A DNA stretch of 64,000 nucleotides from an uncultured bacterium. Lineage in GTDB: Bacteria; Cyanobacteriota; Vampirovibrionia; Gastranaerophilales; Gastranaerophilaceae. The translations under genes and the position numbers were made by a program. Under the pieces are notes generated by a model. The model was not told the origin of the DNA and ran no database searches. It was given only the letters and a program-made list of their open reading frames with translations. Every line of letters begins with the position of its first letter. Position 1 is the first letter of the stretch. This document shows, piece after piece, positions 38,011-48,318 of this stretch. The DNA lies in the NCBI GenBank assembly GCA_949282195.1, contig CASDOW010000010.1, forward strand, positions 452 to 64,451. Reading direction: 5' to 3'.

Positions 38011-38931
38011 TTATTTCATTATCCTTGCCCATTTCTCAAAGGCTTTATAGTCTTTTTGAAGTTGGGTGATTAATACTCTTATATTTCCAAAATTTTCTTG
38101 ATCTCTTAGTTTTTTAACAAAAATTACTTTGATAATTTTTCCATAAATATTTTCATCAAAATTATATATGTGAGCTTCTAAAATTTCTTCGTCACCTTTA
38201 GTCAGGGTTGGTTTATTTCCCCACGATATTAAAGCCGGGTTCATTTTTGTGTCTATTTGAACAAATCCGAAGTAAACTCCGTATGGAAGTTTTATCATGC
38301 TGTCCGGCCAAACCAGATTGGCTGTCGGATAGCCTAGAGTTCTGGCTATTCTGTCCCCTTTTATAACAGAGTTTCTAACTGAAAAATATCTTCCAAGAAA
38401 AGCCTTAACCGCGTTTAAGTGTCCATAGTTAATTCTTTTTCTTATTATTGTTGAACTTACTTCTTCTTTATCTTTATATTTATATTCAGGTACTACTATA
38501 CATTTATAGTTGTAGTTTGATTCGTAATCTCTTAAAAAAGAAGGATTGCCGCCCCTGTCTTTTCCAAATGTGTGGTTGTATCCTACCACAATGATTTTTG
38601 GTTCAAGATGTTTTACTAATACGTCTTTTAAATATTCATGTGCGCTTAAATCTTTATATTGTTCAAAATTTAATTCGTAAAGATAATCAATTCCCAAAGA
38701 CCTTAAGATTAACTCTTTATCTTTAAAATTTTGAATATCGGGAATTTTTTTCTCGCTAAAATAGTTAGCAGGATTTGTTTCAAATGTTACTACAGCAGTT
38801 TTTAATCCTTCTGCTTTTGCTTGCTGTATTAGAGTAGAAAGAATTTTTTTGTGTCCTAAATGTATTCCGTCAAAATATCCAAGCGCAATTGCCAGACCTT
38901 TGTTAACTGTTATTTCGCTCAATATTTCCAT
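38011..38931 (-). CDS. ribF: Bifunctional riboflavin kinase / FMN adenylyltransferase
   Basis: LGYFDGIHLGHKKIL, GYPTANL, FVKKLRDQENF. Confidence 0.94.
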   Translation of the reverse strand: MEILSEITVNKGLAIALGYFDGIHLGHKKILSTLIQQAKAEGLKTAVVTFETNPANYFSEKKIPDIQNFKDKELILRSLGIDYLYELNFEQYKDLSAHEYLKDVLVKHLEPKIIVVGYNHTFGKDRGGNPSFLRDYESNYNYKCIVVPEYKYKDKEEVSSTIIRKRINYGHLNAVKAFLGRYFSVRNSVIKGDRIARTLGYPTANLVWPDSMIKLPYGVYFGFVQIDTKMNPALISWGNKPTLTKGDEEILEAHIYNFDENIYGKIIKVIFVKKLRDQENFGNIRVLITQLQKDYKAFEKWARIMK

Positions 38932-38944
38932 TAAAATTAAATCC

Positions 38945-41164
38945 TTATTGTTTTGGGTGTTTTTGTATTTTTTTCTTTTTCGAAGGTTTGGGTTGGTTTA
39001 GATTTTCTTTTTGCTGTAATCTTCTGACCGAATATACGTCTGTAATAGATTGAATAGCTTGAATTACTTTTTTAAGTGTTTCGATGTTATCCAATTCAAT
39101 ACCCAAATCAATTATACCAAACTTTCTTCCTTTTAGATATGTATTAGAATAAATTATATTAATTCCCATGTCACCGGTTTTCATTAATATATCTCTTAAG
39201 ATGCCTACTCTATCCAGACATTCAATTCTAAGATGAGCAAGATAGGCTGCTTTTGCGGGGTTTTGCGCCCAAGATATATCAATCATTCTTTCAGGTTCAA
39301 TATTATACAGACATTTACAATCTAATCTGTGTACACTAACTCCTTTAGAGCGTGTAATAACTCCTACAATCGGTTCTCCGGGGATTGGCGAGCAACATTT
39401 AGCTAATGACCACAATAGACCCTCTAAGCCTATTATGTCGTTTTTCTTGCTTTTTCCTGATTTTTTCTGGGTTTGTGTTTTTTCTTGTGCTAATTGTTCG
39501 TTTGTTTTTGGTGCTTCATATTTTTTAAGAATGTTTAGCACCTTATGAATTGTTGTTTCGCCGTATCCTAAGGCGGCATATAAATCATCTGCCGTTTTGT
39601 AATTCATTTCTTTGGCGGCTTTTTCGATTATTCCTGCTTTTAATAGCTCATCAAAACAGGTTTTTGTTAATTCTATTTCAAGATTAGTGCGGCCAATTTG
39701 TATGTTGTCTTCTCGGTTGAATTTCTTAAACCATTGACGGATTTTTGAGCTTGCATTTTTGGTTACAACAAAATTAAGCCAATCGATTTTTGGCATGAAT
39801 TGTTTGGATGTTAAAATTTCAACTATATCGCCGTTTTTTAGCTTTGTATCAAGCTGTGCTATTCTTCCGTTGATTAGAGCGCCTACTGTTCTGTGACCTA
39901 CTTCTGTGTGTATTCTGTATGCAAAGTCGACAGGAGTTGAGTTTTGAGGCAAATCAAATACATCTCCGTTGGGGGTAAATACAAATACTTGGTCTGCAAA
40001 TAAATCAAATTTTACTGATTCAACAAATTCTTTTGCGTCTGTTGTATCTTGTTCAAGTTCCATCATTTTCCTCATCCAGGAAAACTGCATGTCTTGTTTG
40101 TTATTTGCTTTAATGGAACCTGATTCTTTGTATCTCCAGTGTGCTGCGATACCATACTCCGCCACTTCGTGCATTTTGTGGGTTCTAATTTGAATTTCAA
40201 CAGGTTTATTTTTATTGCCTATGACTGAAGTGTGTAAAGAACGATATAAATTGCCTTTTGGCATGGCAATATAATCTTTAAATCTTCCCGGGATTGGTTT
40301 AAATAATTGGTGAATAATTCCTAAAACCTGATAACATTCTTTTTCGTTATCTACAATAACCCTTACTGCTGTTACATCATAAAGCTGGTCAAATGTGACA
40401 TTTTGTCTTTTCATTTTATTGTAGATTGAATAATAATGCTTGGCTCTACCTTTAACTGTTGCTTTAATTTTATTTTTTTCAAGTTCTTTTTTTATTGTTT
40501 CAATCAAAGAATTGATTGTAGAATCTCTCATAGCTTTTGTTTCGGCTACAAGTTTTGCTATTTCGTAGTATTTTTCAGGATTAAGATACCTTAAAGATAA
40601 ATCTTCAAGCTCGGCTTTAATTTTTCCCATACCAAGACGATTAGCCAAGGGGGCAAAAATATCAAGTGTTTCTTGGGCAATTTTTTTCTGCTTCGCAACA
40701 GCCATATATGATAGAGTTCTCATGTTATGCAATCTGTCGGCTAATTTAAGCACAACCACCCTTATATCTTGTGCCATGGCTATAAACATTCTTCTGAAAT
40801 TTTCGGCTTGGCGTTCTTCTTTGGATTTAAATTGATATTTTCCTAATTTTGTAACACCTTGGACAAGTTTGACAACCTCAGGACCAAATTTTTCTTCCAT
40901 TTGTTCCTTTGTTGTATCAGTATCTTCCAGAATATCGTGTAAAAATGCAGCTATAATCGTGTTTTTGTCAAGTTTTAAGTCAACCAAAATTTTTGCAACT
41001 TCAACAGGATGAACTATGTAGGGTTCTTGCGAAATCCTAAATTGCCCTTCGTGCAATTCTCTTGCCCACAGATATGCTGATTCAATTTGATTGATATCTT
41101 CTTGGCTTCTTTTTTGTTTATATAAGGCTTCTTTTATTTCGTCAAATACTTTTTGATATGTCAT
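38945..41164 (-). CDS. rel: Bifunctional (p)ppGpp synthetase/hydrolase (RelA/SpoT homolog)
   Basis: 739 aa. HD domain HPVEVAKIL...LHDILEDT. Synthetase DYIAMPKGNLYRSLHT, EIQIRTHKMH. TGS and ACT-like C-terminus. Confidence 0.95.
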   Translation of the reverse strand: MTYQKVFDEIKEALYKQKRSQEDINQIESAYLWARELHEGQFRISQEPYIVHPVEVAKILVDLKLDKNTIIAAFLHDILEDTDTTKEQMEEKFGPEVVKLVQGVTKLGKYQFKSKEERQAENFRRMFIAMAQDIRVVVLKLADRLHNMRTLSYMAVAKQKKIAQETLDIFAPLANRLGMGKIKAELEDLSLRYLNPEKYYEIAKLVAETKAMRDSTINSLIETIKKELEKNKIKATVKGRAKHYYSIYNKMKRQNVTFDQLYDVTAVRVIVDNEKECYQVLGIIHQLFKPIPGRFKDYIAMPKGNLYRSLHTSVIGNKNKPVEIQIRTHKMHEVAEYGIAAHWRYKESGSIKANNKQDMQFSWMRKMMELEQDTTDAKEFVESVKFDLFADQVFVFTPNGDVFDLPQNSTPVDFAYRIHTEVGHRTVGALINGRIAQLDTKLKNGDIVEILTSKQFMPKIDWLNFVVTKNASSKIRQWFKKFNREDNIQIGRTNLEIELTKTCFDELLKAGIIEKAAKEMNYKTADDLYAALGYGETTIHKVLNILKKYEAPKTNEQLAQEKTQTQKKSGKSKKNDIIGLEGLLWSLAKCCSPIPGEPIVGVITRSKGVSVHRLDCKCLYNIEPERMIDISWAQNPAKAAYLAHLRIECLDRVGILRDILMKTGDMGINIIYSNTYLKGRKFGIIDLGIELDNIETLKKVIQAIQSITDVYSVRRLQQKENLNQPKPSKKKKIQKHPKQ

Positions 41165-41314
41165 TTTATTACCAATTATTCGGTATTATTATACTACATT
41201 TTGCTTTATATAATACAATTTAGCCTAAGAATACTTTATATGGTATATAACTTACTTTTTTATGAAATGATTTATAAATATTTTAATTGGTGCAATTGAA
41301 GAAATTTTTTGTTA

Positions 41315-41320
41315 TATTAT
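41315..41320 (+). promoter_or_regulatory. -10-like hexamer TATTAT, 6 nt upstream of ATG 41327 (leaderless geometry)
   Basis: TATTAT-TTTGGT-ATG. No SD. Confidence 0.35.
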
Positions 41321-41326
41321 TTTGGT

Positions 41327-41605
41327 ATGGCTCAGTTATTAAGCAGTATTGAACAAATAAAAAATTTGATAGAAATTGATGGAAAAATCAAATTTAAAAT
41401 AAAAGTGTCTGCAAATGCTAAGAACAATTCAATTGATTTTTGTGAAGATTTTATTAAAATCAGAATAAAAGAACGTGCAATAGAAGGCAGGGCAAATAAG
41501 GCAATAATTGATTTTTTGGCGGTTTATTTAAAACATCCTAAAACAAAAATTTCAATATTGAACGGTGATAAATCTTCAATTAAAACAATTCAAATTGTGA
41601 AATAA
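41327..41605 (+). CDS. DUF167 (YggU-like) family protein
   Basis: KIKVSANAKNNSI...IKIRIKERAIEGRANKAIIDFLA matches the DUF167 pattern. Track start is TTG 41309 and ATG 41327 is preferred. Confidence 0.75.
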   Translation: MAQLLSSIEQIKNLIEIDGKIKFKIKVSANAKNNSIDFCEDFIKIRIKERAIEGRANKAIIDFLAVYLKHPKTKISILNGDKSSIKTIQIVK

Positions 41606-41703
41606 ATATTAAAAAATGTAAAATTATATTCAATTTTTTTCATTTTGTTAGCATTTTTTTTATTTAGCTGATTTATAAACTTTAAATATAGTGGAAGGTT
41701 ATA

Positions 41704-43551
41704 ATGGAAAATAATAAGATAAAAGACGATACTAAGGCTCAAAACAGAGCGACCGTTCCCGATTTTAAAACATCTAATCCTATTGACAGCCCAAAAATAA
41801 TGCCACTAAACACAAGAACATCTGCAAACAGGCTATATAGCGGTTATACAAATACAGTCAATAAATTCTTAGATATAAATTATACGGAAATTATCAATAC
41901 ACTAAATTCTTCTTTCGTTGATCAAAATGACCCTGTAAGATTGTTTTATACAATTCATAATCAGGTTTGTTCAAAAATAGGAATAAATTTTTCTGCTTTA
42001 GGTATATACAATCAAAATTCAAATTATATTAATGTTAAATTAATTGATAAAACAGGTTCGTCATATAACTCAATGATTATGTTGAATGATGATGATAATG
42101 CTGTTGTCAGGGCATTTGAAACCAAGCAAATCATTACAACAACTGATTGCAGTTATTTAAAATTAAACTATTTAAGCAATATTTCAAACTCTCCAACAAA
42201 CATTATTCCTCTTAATGCTTTTGGTGAGTGTTTTGGTGTTGCTATTTTTTCTGATAATAACAACAATCAATTTTTTGAGATTTATAAATTAATTGCAAAT
42301 TATTATGCAATGTTTTATAAAAACAGAAAGTTGATCGATTTAGTGGACAGAAATACCGATACTGATTCTTTAACAGGATTATCTAATCATAAAAAGCTTC
42401 AAGAAGATTTAGCTCTTGAAATTTCTCAATGTTTAAATAATGATAAACAGCTTGCTTTTTGCATATTTGATATTGGTAATATTTCTGAAATAAATAATGA
42501 ATTAGGACACGCTAAGGGCGACACCGTTATAAAAGAAGTTGCAAAAAAAATTAAAAAGAATGTACGAAATACAGATATTTTAGGAAGATACGGCGGTGAT
42601 GAAATTGCAATTATCATGCCTGATACAACTGAAGAAGAAGCTAAATATGTTTGTGAATTTCTTTTGTATAATTTATCTTGTACAATGTTTGATGATTTAG
42701 GGCAGTTGAAGTTTTCCTGCGGAATTTCTTTATTGCCTCAATCAACAAATAAGCAAGACAAATTAACAATTTTAGCAGAACAAGCTTTGTTTATTTCGAA
42801 AAGTAAACGTGCTCAATCAGGTCAGTCTGAAATTGTTTCAACAAATGATTTCAATTTCTGGGATGATGAAGCGCTTAAATGTTTTGCGCAGGTTTTAACT
42901 AAAAAGCATGCTTCAATAGGTGTGAATATTGAAGAAGAATTAATTAATCAATTCCATAATGAAAAAATTGTTTCAAATGAGCATTTGCTTGATGTTGTTT
43001 CATCTTTGGCAAATACGATTGATGCAAAGGATACATATACAAAAGGTCACTCTGCCGCTGTTTCAAGATACTCTGAAGCATTAGCTCGCGCTATTAATCT
43101 TCCTGCTAATGAGGTTGAAAGAATTAAATTAGGCGCATTGTTGCATGATATTGGTAAAATTGGAATTCCGGAACATGTTTTAAGAAAGCCGACAATGCTT
43201 TCCGATGATGAATGGTCAATTATGAAACAGCATCCTTCAATTGGTGCCGATAAGGTTTTGAAGCCAAATAAATCGCTTCATGATTTAATTCCTATGGTTA
43301 AATATCATCACGAGCATATAGACGGTTCGGGATATCCTTACGGTTTAAAAGGTGATGAAATTCCTTTGTCAGCTAGAATTGTGGCGGTTGCAGACGCATA
43401 TCATGCTTTAATATCCGATAGACCATATAGAAAAGGGTTATCTGTTTCAAAAGCATGTGAGATTTTAAAAATGGGTGCAGGTGTACAATGGGACAGAGAA
43501 CTTGTAAGACAGTTTATTATTATTGCACCAAGTTTGGCTACTAATATTTAA
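41704..43551 (+). CDS. Signalling protein: N-terminal GAF-like region + GGDEF diguanylate cyclase + HD-GYP phosphodiesterase
   Basis: DSLTGLSNH...RNTDILGRYGGDEIAIIMPD (RxxD I-site 5 aa before GGDE[I]). HD-GYP: LLHDIGKIGIP, HHEHIDGSGYPYGLKG. Confidence 0.9.
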   Translation: MENNKIKDDTKAQNRATVPDFKTSNPIDSPKIMPLNTRTSANRLYSGYTNTVNKFLDINYTEIINTLNSSFVDQNDPVRLFYTIHNQVCSKIGINFSALGIYNQNSNYINVKLIDKTGSSYNSMIMLNDDDNAVVRAFETKQIITTTDCSYLKLNYLSNISNSPTNIIPLNAFGECFGVAIFSDNNNNQFFEIYKLIANYYAMFYKNRKLIDLVDRNTDTDSLTGLSNHKKLQEDLALEISQCLNNDKQLAFCIFDIGNISEINNELGHAKGDTVIKEVAKKIKKNVRNTDILGRYGGDEIAIIMPDTTEEEAKYVCEFLLYNLSCTMFDDLGQLKFSCGISLLPQSTNKQDKLTILAEQALFISKSKRAQSGQSEIVSTNDFNFWDDEALKCFAQVLTKKHASIGVNIEEELINQFHNEKIVSNEHLLDVVSSLANTIDAKDTYTKGHSAAVSRYSEALARAINLPANEVERIKLGALLHDIGKIGIPEHVLRKPTMLSDDEWSIMKQHPSIGADKVLKPNKSLHDLIPMVKYHHEHIDGSGYPYGLKGDEIPLSARIVAVADAYHALISDRPYRKGLSVSKACEILKMGAGVQWDRELVRQFIIIAPSLATNI

Positions 43552-44278
43552 AAATTGAGGTTTTAAAGCCTAATTTTGCTAATCTGTATTGAATTGAAAC
43601 CAATAAAACCCCAAGCCCGTATTTGCAAGAGCGAATAAAGTTAATGGAGCTTGCGCCGTCAAAATATTTTGTCGGGCATGAAATTTCGCCTATTGAGCCG
43701 TTATTGTAGTAAATCAGTGCTAAAAGCTGGTTATCAAATATAAAATCATTACTGAGCTTTTCAAAGTTGATTTTATTTAATATTTTTGAATTAAACGCTC
43801 TATAGCCGCTATGGTATTCAGATAGCCCTTTGTTTAAAAATAGATTTTGAAATGTTGTTAAAAATTTATTTGCGAAATATTTATATTTTGGCATTTTTGA
43901 ATATTTCGCCGAATTAACAAGCATTCTTGAGGCTATTACACAATCATAGTTATCATAAGCAATCATTGAAGCAAGTGCAGGTATTAATTTTGGGTCATAT
44001 TGGAAATCTGGGTGAAGCATTATGATAATATCAGTGTTGTTTTTTAAGGCTTCTTTGTAGCATGTTTTTTGATTAGCCCCGTAGCCAAGGTTTTTTTTGT
44101 GGCAAATTGTTTTAATATCGAGTTTTTTTGACAATTCTACCGTATTATCGCTTGAGCAGTCATCCACCAAAATTATCTCATCTGCGATATTTTTAGGAAT
44201 ATTGTCAAATGTTTCTTTTAAAGTTGCCTGCGCATTATACGCAGGCATTACTATTGTTATTTTTTTATTATTTATCAA
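43541..44278 (-). CDS. Family 2 glycosyltransferase
   Basis: ITIVMPAYNAQATL...IILVDDCSSDNT. TTG start 3 nt after the aspS stop. Confidence 0.85.
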   Translation of the reverse strand: MINNKKITIVMPAYNAQATLKETFDNIPKNIADEIILVDDCSSDNTVELSKKLDIKTICHKKNLGYGANQKTCYKEALKNNTDIIIMLHPDFQYDPKLIPALASMIAYDNYDCVIASRMLVNSAKYSKMPKYKYFANKFLTTFQNLFLNKGLSEYHSGYRAFNSKILNKINFEKLSNDFIFDNQLLALIYYNNGSIGEISCPTKYFDGASSINFIRSCKYGLGVLLVSIQYRLAKLGFKTSIFKY

Positions 44279-44281
44279 ATC

Positions 44282-46057
44282 CTATACCTTTATTGGATTT
44301 CTAAGTTTTAAATGAAGTTCTCTTAATTGTTCTTCTGAAGCCATTGATGGCGCATTTGTCATCAAGTCTTTGGCTTGAGAATTTTTAGGAAATGCAATAA
44401 CTTCTCTGATTGAATTTGCTCTTAATAATAAAGCCACAAGTCTGTCTAATCCGATAGCCAAACCGCCGTGTGGAGGAGTTCCATATTTGAAAGCGTCAAT
44501 CATAAATTCAAATTTTTCTTTAATATCTTCTTCGGTTAATCCCAAAGCATGGAAAACTTTTCTTTGGATTTCAGCGTCATGAATTCTGATTGAACCGCCG
44601 CCAAGCTCATTTCCGTTATAGATAATATCATAAGCGATTGATTTTACATCTCCTTTATCTGTTTCTAATTTGTCAACGTCTTCTAATGCCGGCATTGTAA
44701 ACGGATGGTGCATTGATTTATATGAATTATCTTCAAAACTGTATTCAAATAATGGGAAATCAACAACCCATAATAAATCATGTTTTGATTCATCAATCAT
44801 GTTTAGTTTTTTACCGAAGTATAATCTAAATCTTCCTAATACATCAAACACAATTTGAGGATAATCAGCAACAAAGAATACAATGTCTCCATTTTGAGCT
44901 TGCGCTCTTGTTTGAATTTCTTTAATTTGTTCTTCGTTTAAGAATTTCAAAACGGGAGATTTAACTGATCCATCTTCTAGGTATGTAATCCAAGCAAGAC
45001 CTTTTGCGCCAAAAGAAATAGCAAGATTTCTTACATCATCCATTTCTTTTCTTGAATATCCTGCAATTCCTGGGATTTTGATTGCTCTTACCGTTCCGCC
45101 TTGTTTGATTACTGATTTAAATGCTTCAAAAGTAGATTGTTCCATAATATCAGTAACATTGAACAATTCTAAACCAAAACGGGTATCAGGTTTGTCTGAA
45201 CCAAATCTGTCCATTGCTTCTTTGTATGTAATTCTTTTAAATGGTGCTTTAACTTCAACGCCTGCTGCTTTAAATGCGCTTTCAATAAGGCCTTCTGTCA
45301 TTTTAATAACATCATCTTGACTTACAAAAGACATTTCCATATCTACTTGTGTAAATTCAGGTTGTCTGTCTGCTCTTAGGTCTTCATCCCTAAAACATTT
45401 TGCAATTTGATAATATTTTTCAAAACCTGCAACCATTAAAAGTTGTTTAAAAATTTGAGGTGATTGAGGTAATGCATAGAATTTGCCGTCATGGATTCTT
45501 GAAGGAACCAAGTAATCTCTTGCGCCTTCAGGAGTTGCTTTGATTAAAATTGGCGTTTCAACTTCCATAAAATCAAGGCTGTTAAGATAATTTCTAATTG
45601 CACTAACGATGTTGTGGCGAAGTTTAAAGTTGTTAACCATTTTTTCGCGTCTTAAGTCTAAGTAACGATATTTTAGACGAACATCTTCAGAAACGTTGTC
45701 ATCATCTAAAACAAAAGGAAGTGTTTGTGCGCTTGACAGAACATTAACTTTTTTAGGATACATTTCGATAGTGCCTGTTTTAAGTTTAGTATTAATTGTG
45801 TCATCAGGTCTTTTTGAAACTTCACCTTCAACTTGAATAACAAATTCGGGTTTAATTTTAGATAAAACTTTATGTACTTCAGGGTTTATTTGAGGGTCTG
45901 CAACAAGCTGGAAAAGACCGGTTTTATCTCTTAATTCAACGAAAATAATTCCGCCAAGGTCGCGAATTGTGCTTGCCCAGCCTGCTAAAAGCGCAGTTTT
46001 TCCGATGTCTTGTTCTGTTAATTCTGTACAACTTTGTTTTTTATAGGTTAATTCCAT
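44282..46057 (-). CDS. aspS: Aspartate--tRNA ligase
   Basis: 591 aa. Class II motifs FRDEDLRADRQPEFTQVD, GGGSIRIH, GLDRLVALL. The presence of gatB suggests a non-discriminating type (inference). Confidence 0.96.
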   Translation of the reverse strand: MELTYKKQSCTELTEQDIGKTALLAGWASTIRDLGGIIFVELRDKTGLFQLVADPQINPEVHKVLSKIKPEFVIQVEGEVSKRPDDTINTKLKTGTIEMYPKKVNVLSSAQTLPFVLDDDNVSEDVRLKYRYLDLRREKMVNNFKLRHNIVSAIRNYLNSLDFMEVETPILIKATPEGARDYLVPSRIHDGKFYALPQSPQIFKQLLMVAGFEKYYQIAKCFRDEDLRADRQPEFTQVDMEMSFVSQDDVIKMTEGLIESAFKAAGVEVKAPFKRITYKEAMDRFGSDKPDTRFGLELFNVTDIMEQSTFEAFKSVIKQGGTVRAIKIPGIAGYSRKEMDDVRNLAISFGAKGLAWITYLEDGSVKSPVLKFLNEEQIKEIQTRAQAQNGDIVFFVADYPQIVFDVLGRFRLYFGKKLNMIDESKHDLLWVVDFPLFEYSFEDNSYKSMHHPFTMPALEDVDKLETDKGDVKSIAYDIIYNGNELGGGSIRIHDAEIQRKVFHALGLTEEDIKEKFEFMIDAFKYGTPPHGGLAIGLDRLVALLLRANSIREVIAFPKNSQAKDLMTNAPSMASEEQLRELHLKLRNPIKV

Positions 46058-46224
46058 ATTCTTCCTCTCGTTTAATGTGTTAATGTAGCTATATTATAGA
46101 ATAAAAAATTATTTTTTTAAAATTTTTTTAGTTAATTATATTTTTCTCTTTAAGTTTTGTAAAAATTAGAATATAAAATTACTTAATTTTTATTTGTATT
46201 ATAATATTTACTACGATATACAAA

Positions 46225-46269
46225 GCCGGGTCGGAATTAAAAACCTTACCGGCAGATAATAAATTAAGG
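46225..46269 (+). promoter_or_regulatory. metK 5' leader hairpin with potential SD-sequestering pseudoknot
   Basis: Stem GCCGG (46225-29)/CCGGC (46249-53). Loop CCTTA (46244-48) is complementary to TAAGG (46265-69) of the AAGGAG SD. Confidence 0.3.
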
Positions 46270-46277
46270 AGAAAAAG

Positions 46278-47546
46278 ATGACACTTAAAAATTTTTTATT
46301 TACATCAGAATCAGTAACTGAAGGTCATCCTGATAAGGTTTGTGACCAGATTTCAGATGCTATTTTGGATGAATTTTTAACAAAAGACCCAAAGTCAAGA
46401 GTTGCTGCTGAAACGACTGTTACTACAGGCATGGCACTGGTTTGCGGTGAAATTACTTCAAATTGCTATGTAGATATCCCTTCGGTTGTTAGAAATACAA
46501 TCAAATCAATTGGCTATAACGGCGAAGAAGGCGGTGGTTTTGATTATAAGACTTGCGCGGTTTTAACTTCAATAGATGAACAATCAACCGATATTGCAGG
46601 TGGTGTTAATAAGGCTCTTGAAACAAGAAGCAATAATTCCGATACATCAAAAGATGAAACTCTTGATATCGGCGCGGGTGACCAAGGTATTATGTTTGGT
46701 TATGCGTGTGATGAAACAAAAGAATTAATGCCTTTGCCTATTGCTTTGGCACATAAATTAGCATACAGATTAGCTCAAGTAAGAAAACAAAAGCTTGTTA
46801 ACTACTTAAGACCTGACGGCAAAAGCCAAGTTACTGTTGAATATAAAGACGGAAAACCATACAGAATTGATACAATTGTTATTTCAACTCAGCATGACCC
46901 TGAAATTAACGGCAATTCCGATAATCAAAGAATACAATCAATAATCAGAGAAGACATGATTAATCTTGTTATAAAACCTGTATTTGAAAATTATGATATT
47001 AAGCCGGATGAAACAACAAAATATTTGATTAATCCTTCAGGCAGGTTTGTTATAGGCGGACCTCAGGGCGACGCAGGTTTAACTGGAAGAAAAATAATTG
47101 TTGATACATATGGCGGCTATGCTCGACATGGCGGCGGTGCTTTTTCAGGAAAAGATCCAACCAAAGTTGACCGCTCTGCTGCTTATGCTGCTCGTTGGGT
47201 TGCAAAAAATATTGTAAAAGCAGGTTTAGCTCAAAAATGCGAAATTGAACTTGCTTATGCAATAGGCAAATCTCAACCTGTATCTGTTTTGGTTGACACT
47301 TTTGATACAGGCAGAATTGATGATGAAACTCTGTCAAAAATCGTTTCTGAAACATTTGATTTAAGACCTGCTGCAATTATTAAGCAGTTTGATTTAAGAA
47401 ATCTGCCTGCTAAAAATGGTGGAAAATTCTATCAAAAATTAGCAGCATACGGGCATGTCGGACGTGAAGATTTTGAAATTCCTTGGGAAGAAACTCAAAT
47501 GGCAGATATATTAGCTCAAAAAGCTGCTTCATTATCTGCAAAATAA
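46278..47546 (+). CDS. metK: S-adenosylmethionine synthetase
   Basis: [55 protein letters not shown]. Confidence 0.97.
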   Translation: MTLKNFLFTSESVTEGHPDKVCDQISDAILDEFLTKDPKSRVAAETTVTTGMALVCGEITSNCYVDIPSVVRNTIKSIGYNGEEGGGFDYKTCAVLTSIDEQSTDIAGGVNKALETRSNNSDTSKDETLDIGAGDQGIMFGYACDETKELMPLPIALAHKLAYRLAQVRKQKLVNYLRPDGKSQVTVEYKDGKPYRIDTIVISTQHDPEINGNSDNQRIQSIIREDMINLVIKPVFENYDIKPDETTKYLINPSGRFVIGGPQGDAGLTGRKIIVDTYGGYARHGGGAFSGKDPTKVDRSAAYAARWVAKNIVKAGLAQKCEIELAYAIGKSQPVSVLVDTFDTGRIDDETLSKIVSETFDLRPAAIIKQFDLRNLPAKNGGKFYQKLAAYGHVGREDFEIPWEETQMADILAQKAASLSAK

Positions 47547-47555
47547 TGTGATATA

Positions 47556-47587
47556 ATATAGCTGTCAAAATGACAGCTATATTTTTT
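47556..47587 (+). terminator. Intrinsic terminator of metK
   Basis: Perfect 12-bp stem ATATAGCTGTCA/TGACAGCTATAT, 3-nt loop, T5 tail. Confidence 0.85.
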
Positions 47588-47600
47588 AATAAGGTGAACA

Positions 47601-48134
47601 ATGAAAAAAAACAGCGAAACAAGGACAATTTCCGATTTATTAAATGATTCTATTTTTAATCAAGAATCAAAAACAAGATTAAACGGGGTTGTTAAACAAT
47701 CGACTGTTTTTTCTTTTTGGGATAATATTGTAGGCGCTAAATTTTCTAAATATACAAAACCTTATTCAATTAAATATCAAAAAATCTATGTTAGCGTTAA
47801 AAGCCCTGTTATTGCTCAAGAATTGGGTTTATATAAAAATAAAATTTTAAAAAAGGTTAATTCATATTCTCAGCCATTGGGTTTAGAGATTAAAGACATA
47901 GTTTTTAATTATAAAAATTTTCATTCATCTAATCCCGTTTCTTTGGGTGTTGAAGACAGGCCTATTTTTTTGAGTAAAGAAAAGTTGCAGTCGGCAAAAA
48001 TCAGCCAAACAACGCAAGAAAAAATCAAAGAACATATAGGGAAAATAAAGTTTTTAAACGAAAATCAAAAGGAAAATCTGGTTTCAAAAATTATATCTAC
48101 TTATCAAGCAAATGAACTAAGAAAAATAGACTAA
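47601..48134 (+). CDS. DUF721 (DciA-like) domain protein
   Basis: FSFWDNIVGAKFSKYTKPYSIKYQKIYVSVKSPVIAQELGLYKNKIL fits the DUF721 pattern (W..IVG...T.P......L.V.V.S......EL). AAGGTG SD. Confidence 0.7.
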   Translation: MKKNSETRTISDLLNDSIFNQESKTRLNGVVKQSTVFSFWDNIVGAKFSKYTKPYSIKYQKIYVSVKSPVIAQELGLYKNKILKKVNSYSQPLGLEIKDIVFNYKNFHSSNPVSLGVEDRPIFLSKEKLQSAKISQTTQEKIKEHIGKIKFLNENQKENLVSKIISTYQANELRKID

Positions 48135-48148
48135 TTTTCAAAAAAGTG

Positions 48149-48177
48149 TAGACAAAAATAATATTTAGATGTAATAT
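48149..48177 (+). promoter_or_regulatory. Sigma70-like promoter (TAGACA-17 nt-TAATAT)
   Basis: -35 at 48149-54 and -10 at 48172-77, with a 17-nt spacer that I counted directly. Confidence 0.45.
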
Positions 48178-48206
48178 ATTTATTGCGTATATTTTTTGAG
48201 GTGTAT

Positions 48207-48293
48207 ATGATTCAATTAATTATAGAACTAATTCGACGTATCTGCCCTTTCAGTGAAAGAGGCCTTGTTTATGTTCCTATTAAAAAAGATTAA
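48207..48293 (+). CDS. 28-aa small ORF (MIQLIIELIRRICPFSERGLVYVPIKKD), or a small structured RNA
   Basis: Too short for the ORF track. GAGGTG SD 5 nt upstream, own promoter and terminator. Internal 8-bp bulged hairpin GCCCTTTC/GAAAGaGGC in locally GC-rich sequence. Confidence 0.35.
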   Translation: MIQLIIELIRRICPFSERGLVYVPIKKD

Positions 48294-48318
48294 TTTGAAT
48301 ATTAAATAATTTAAGAAA

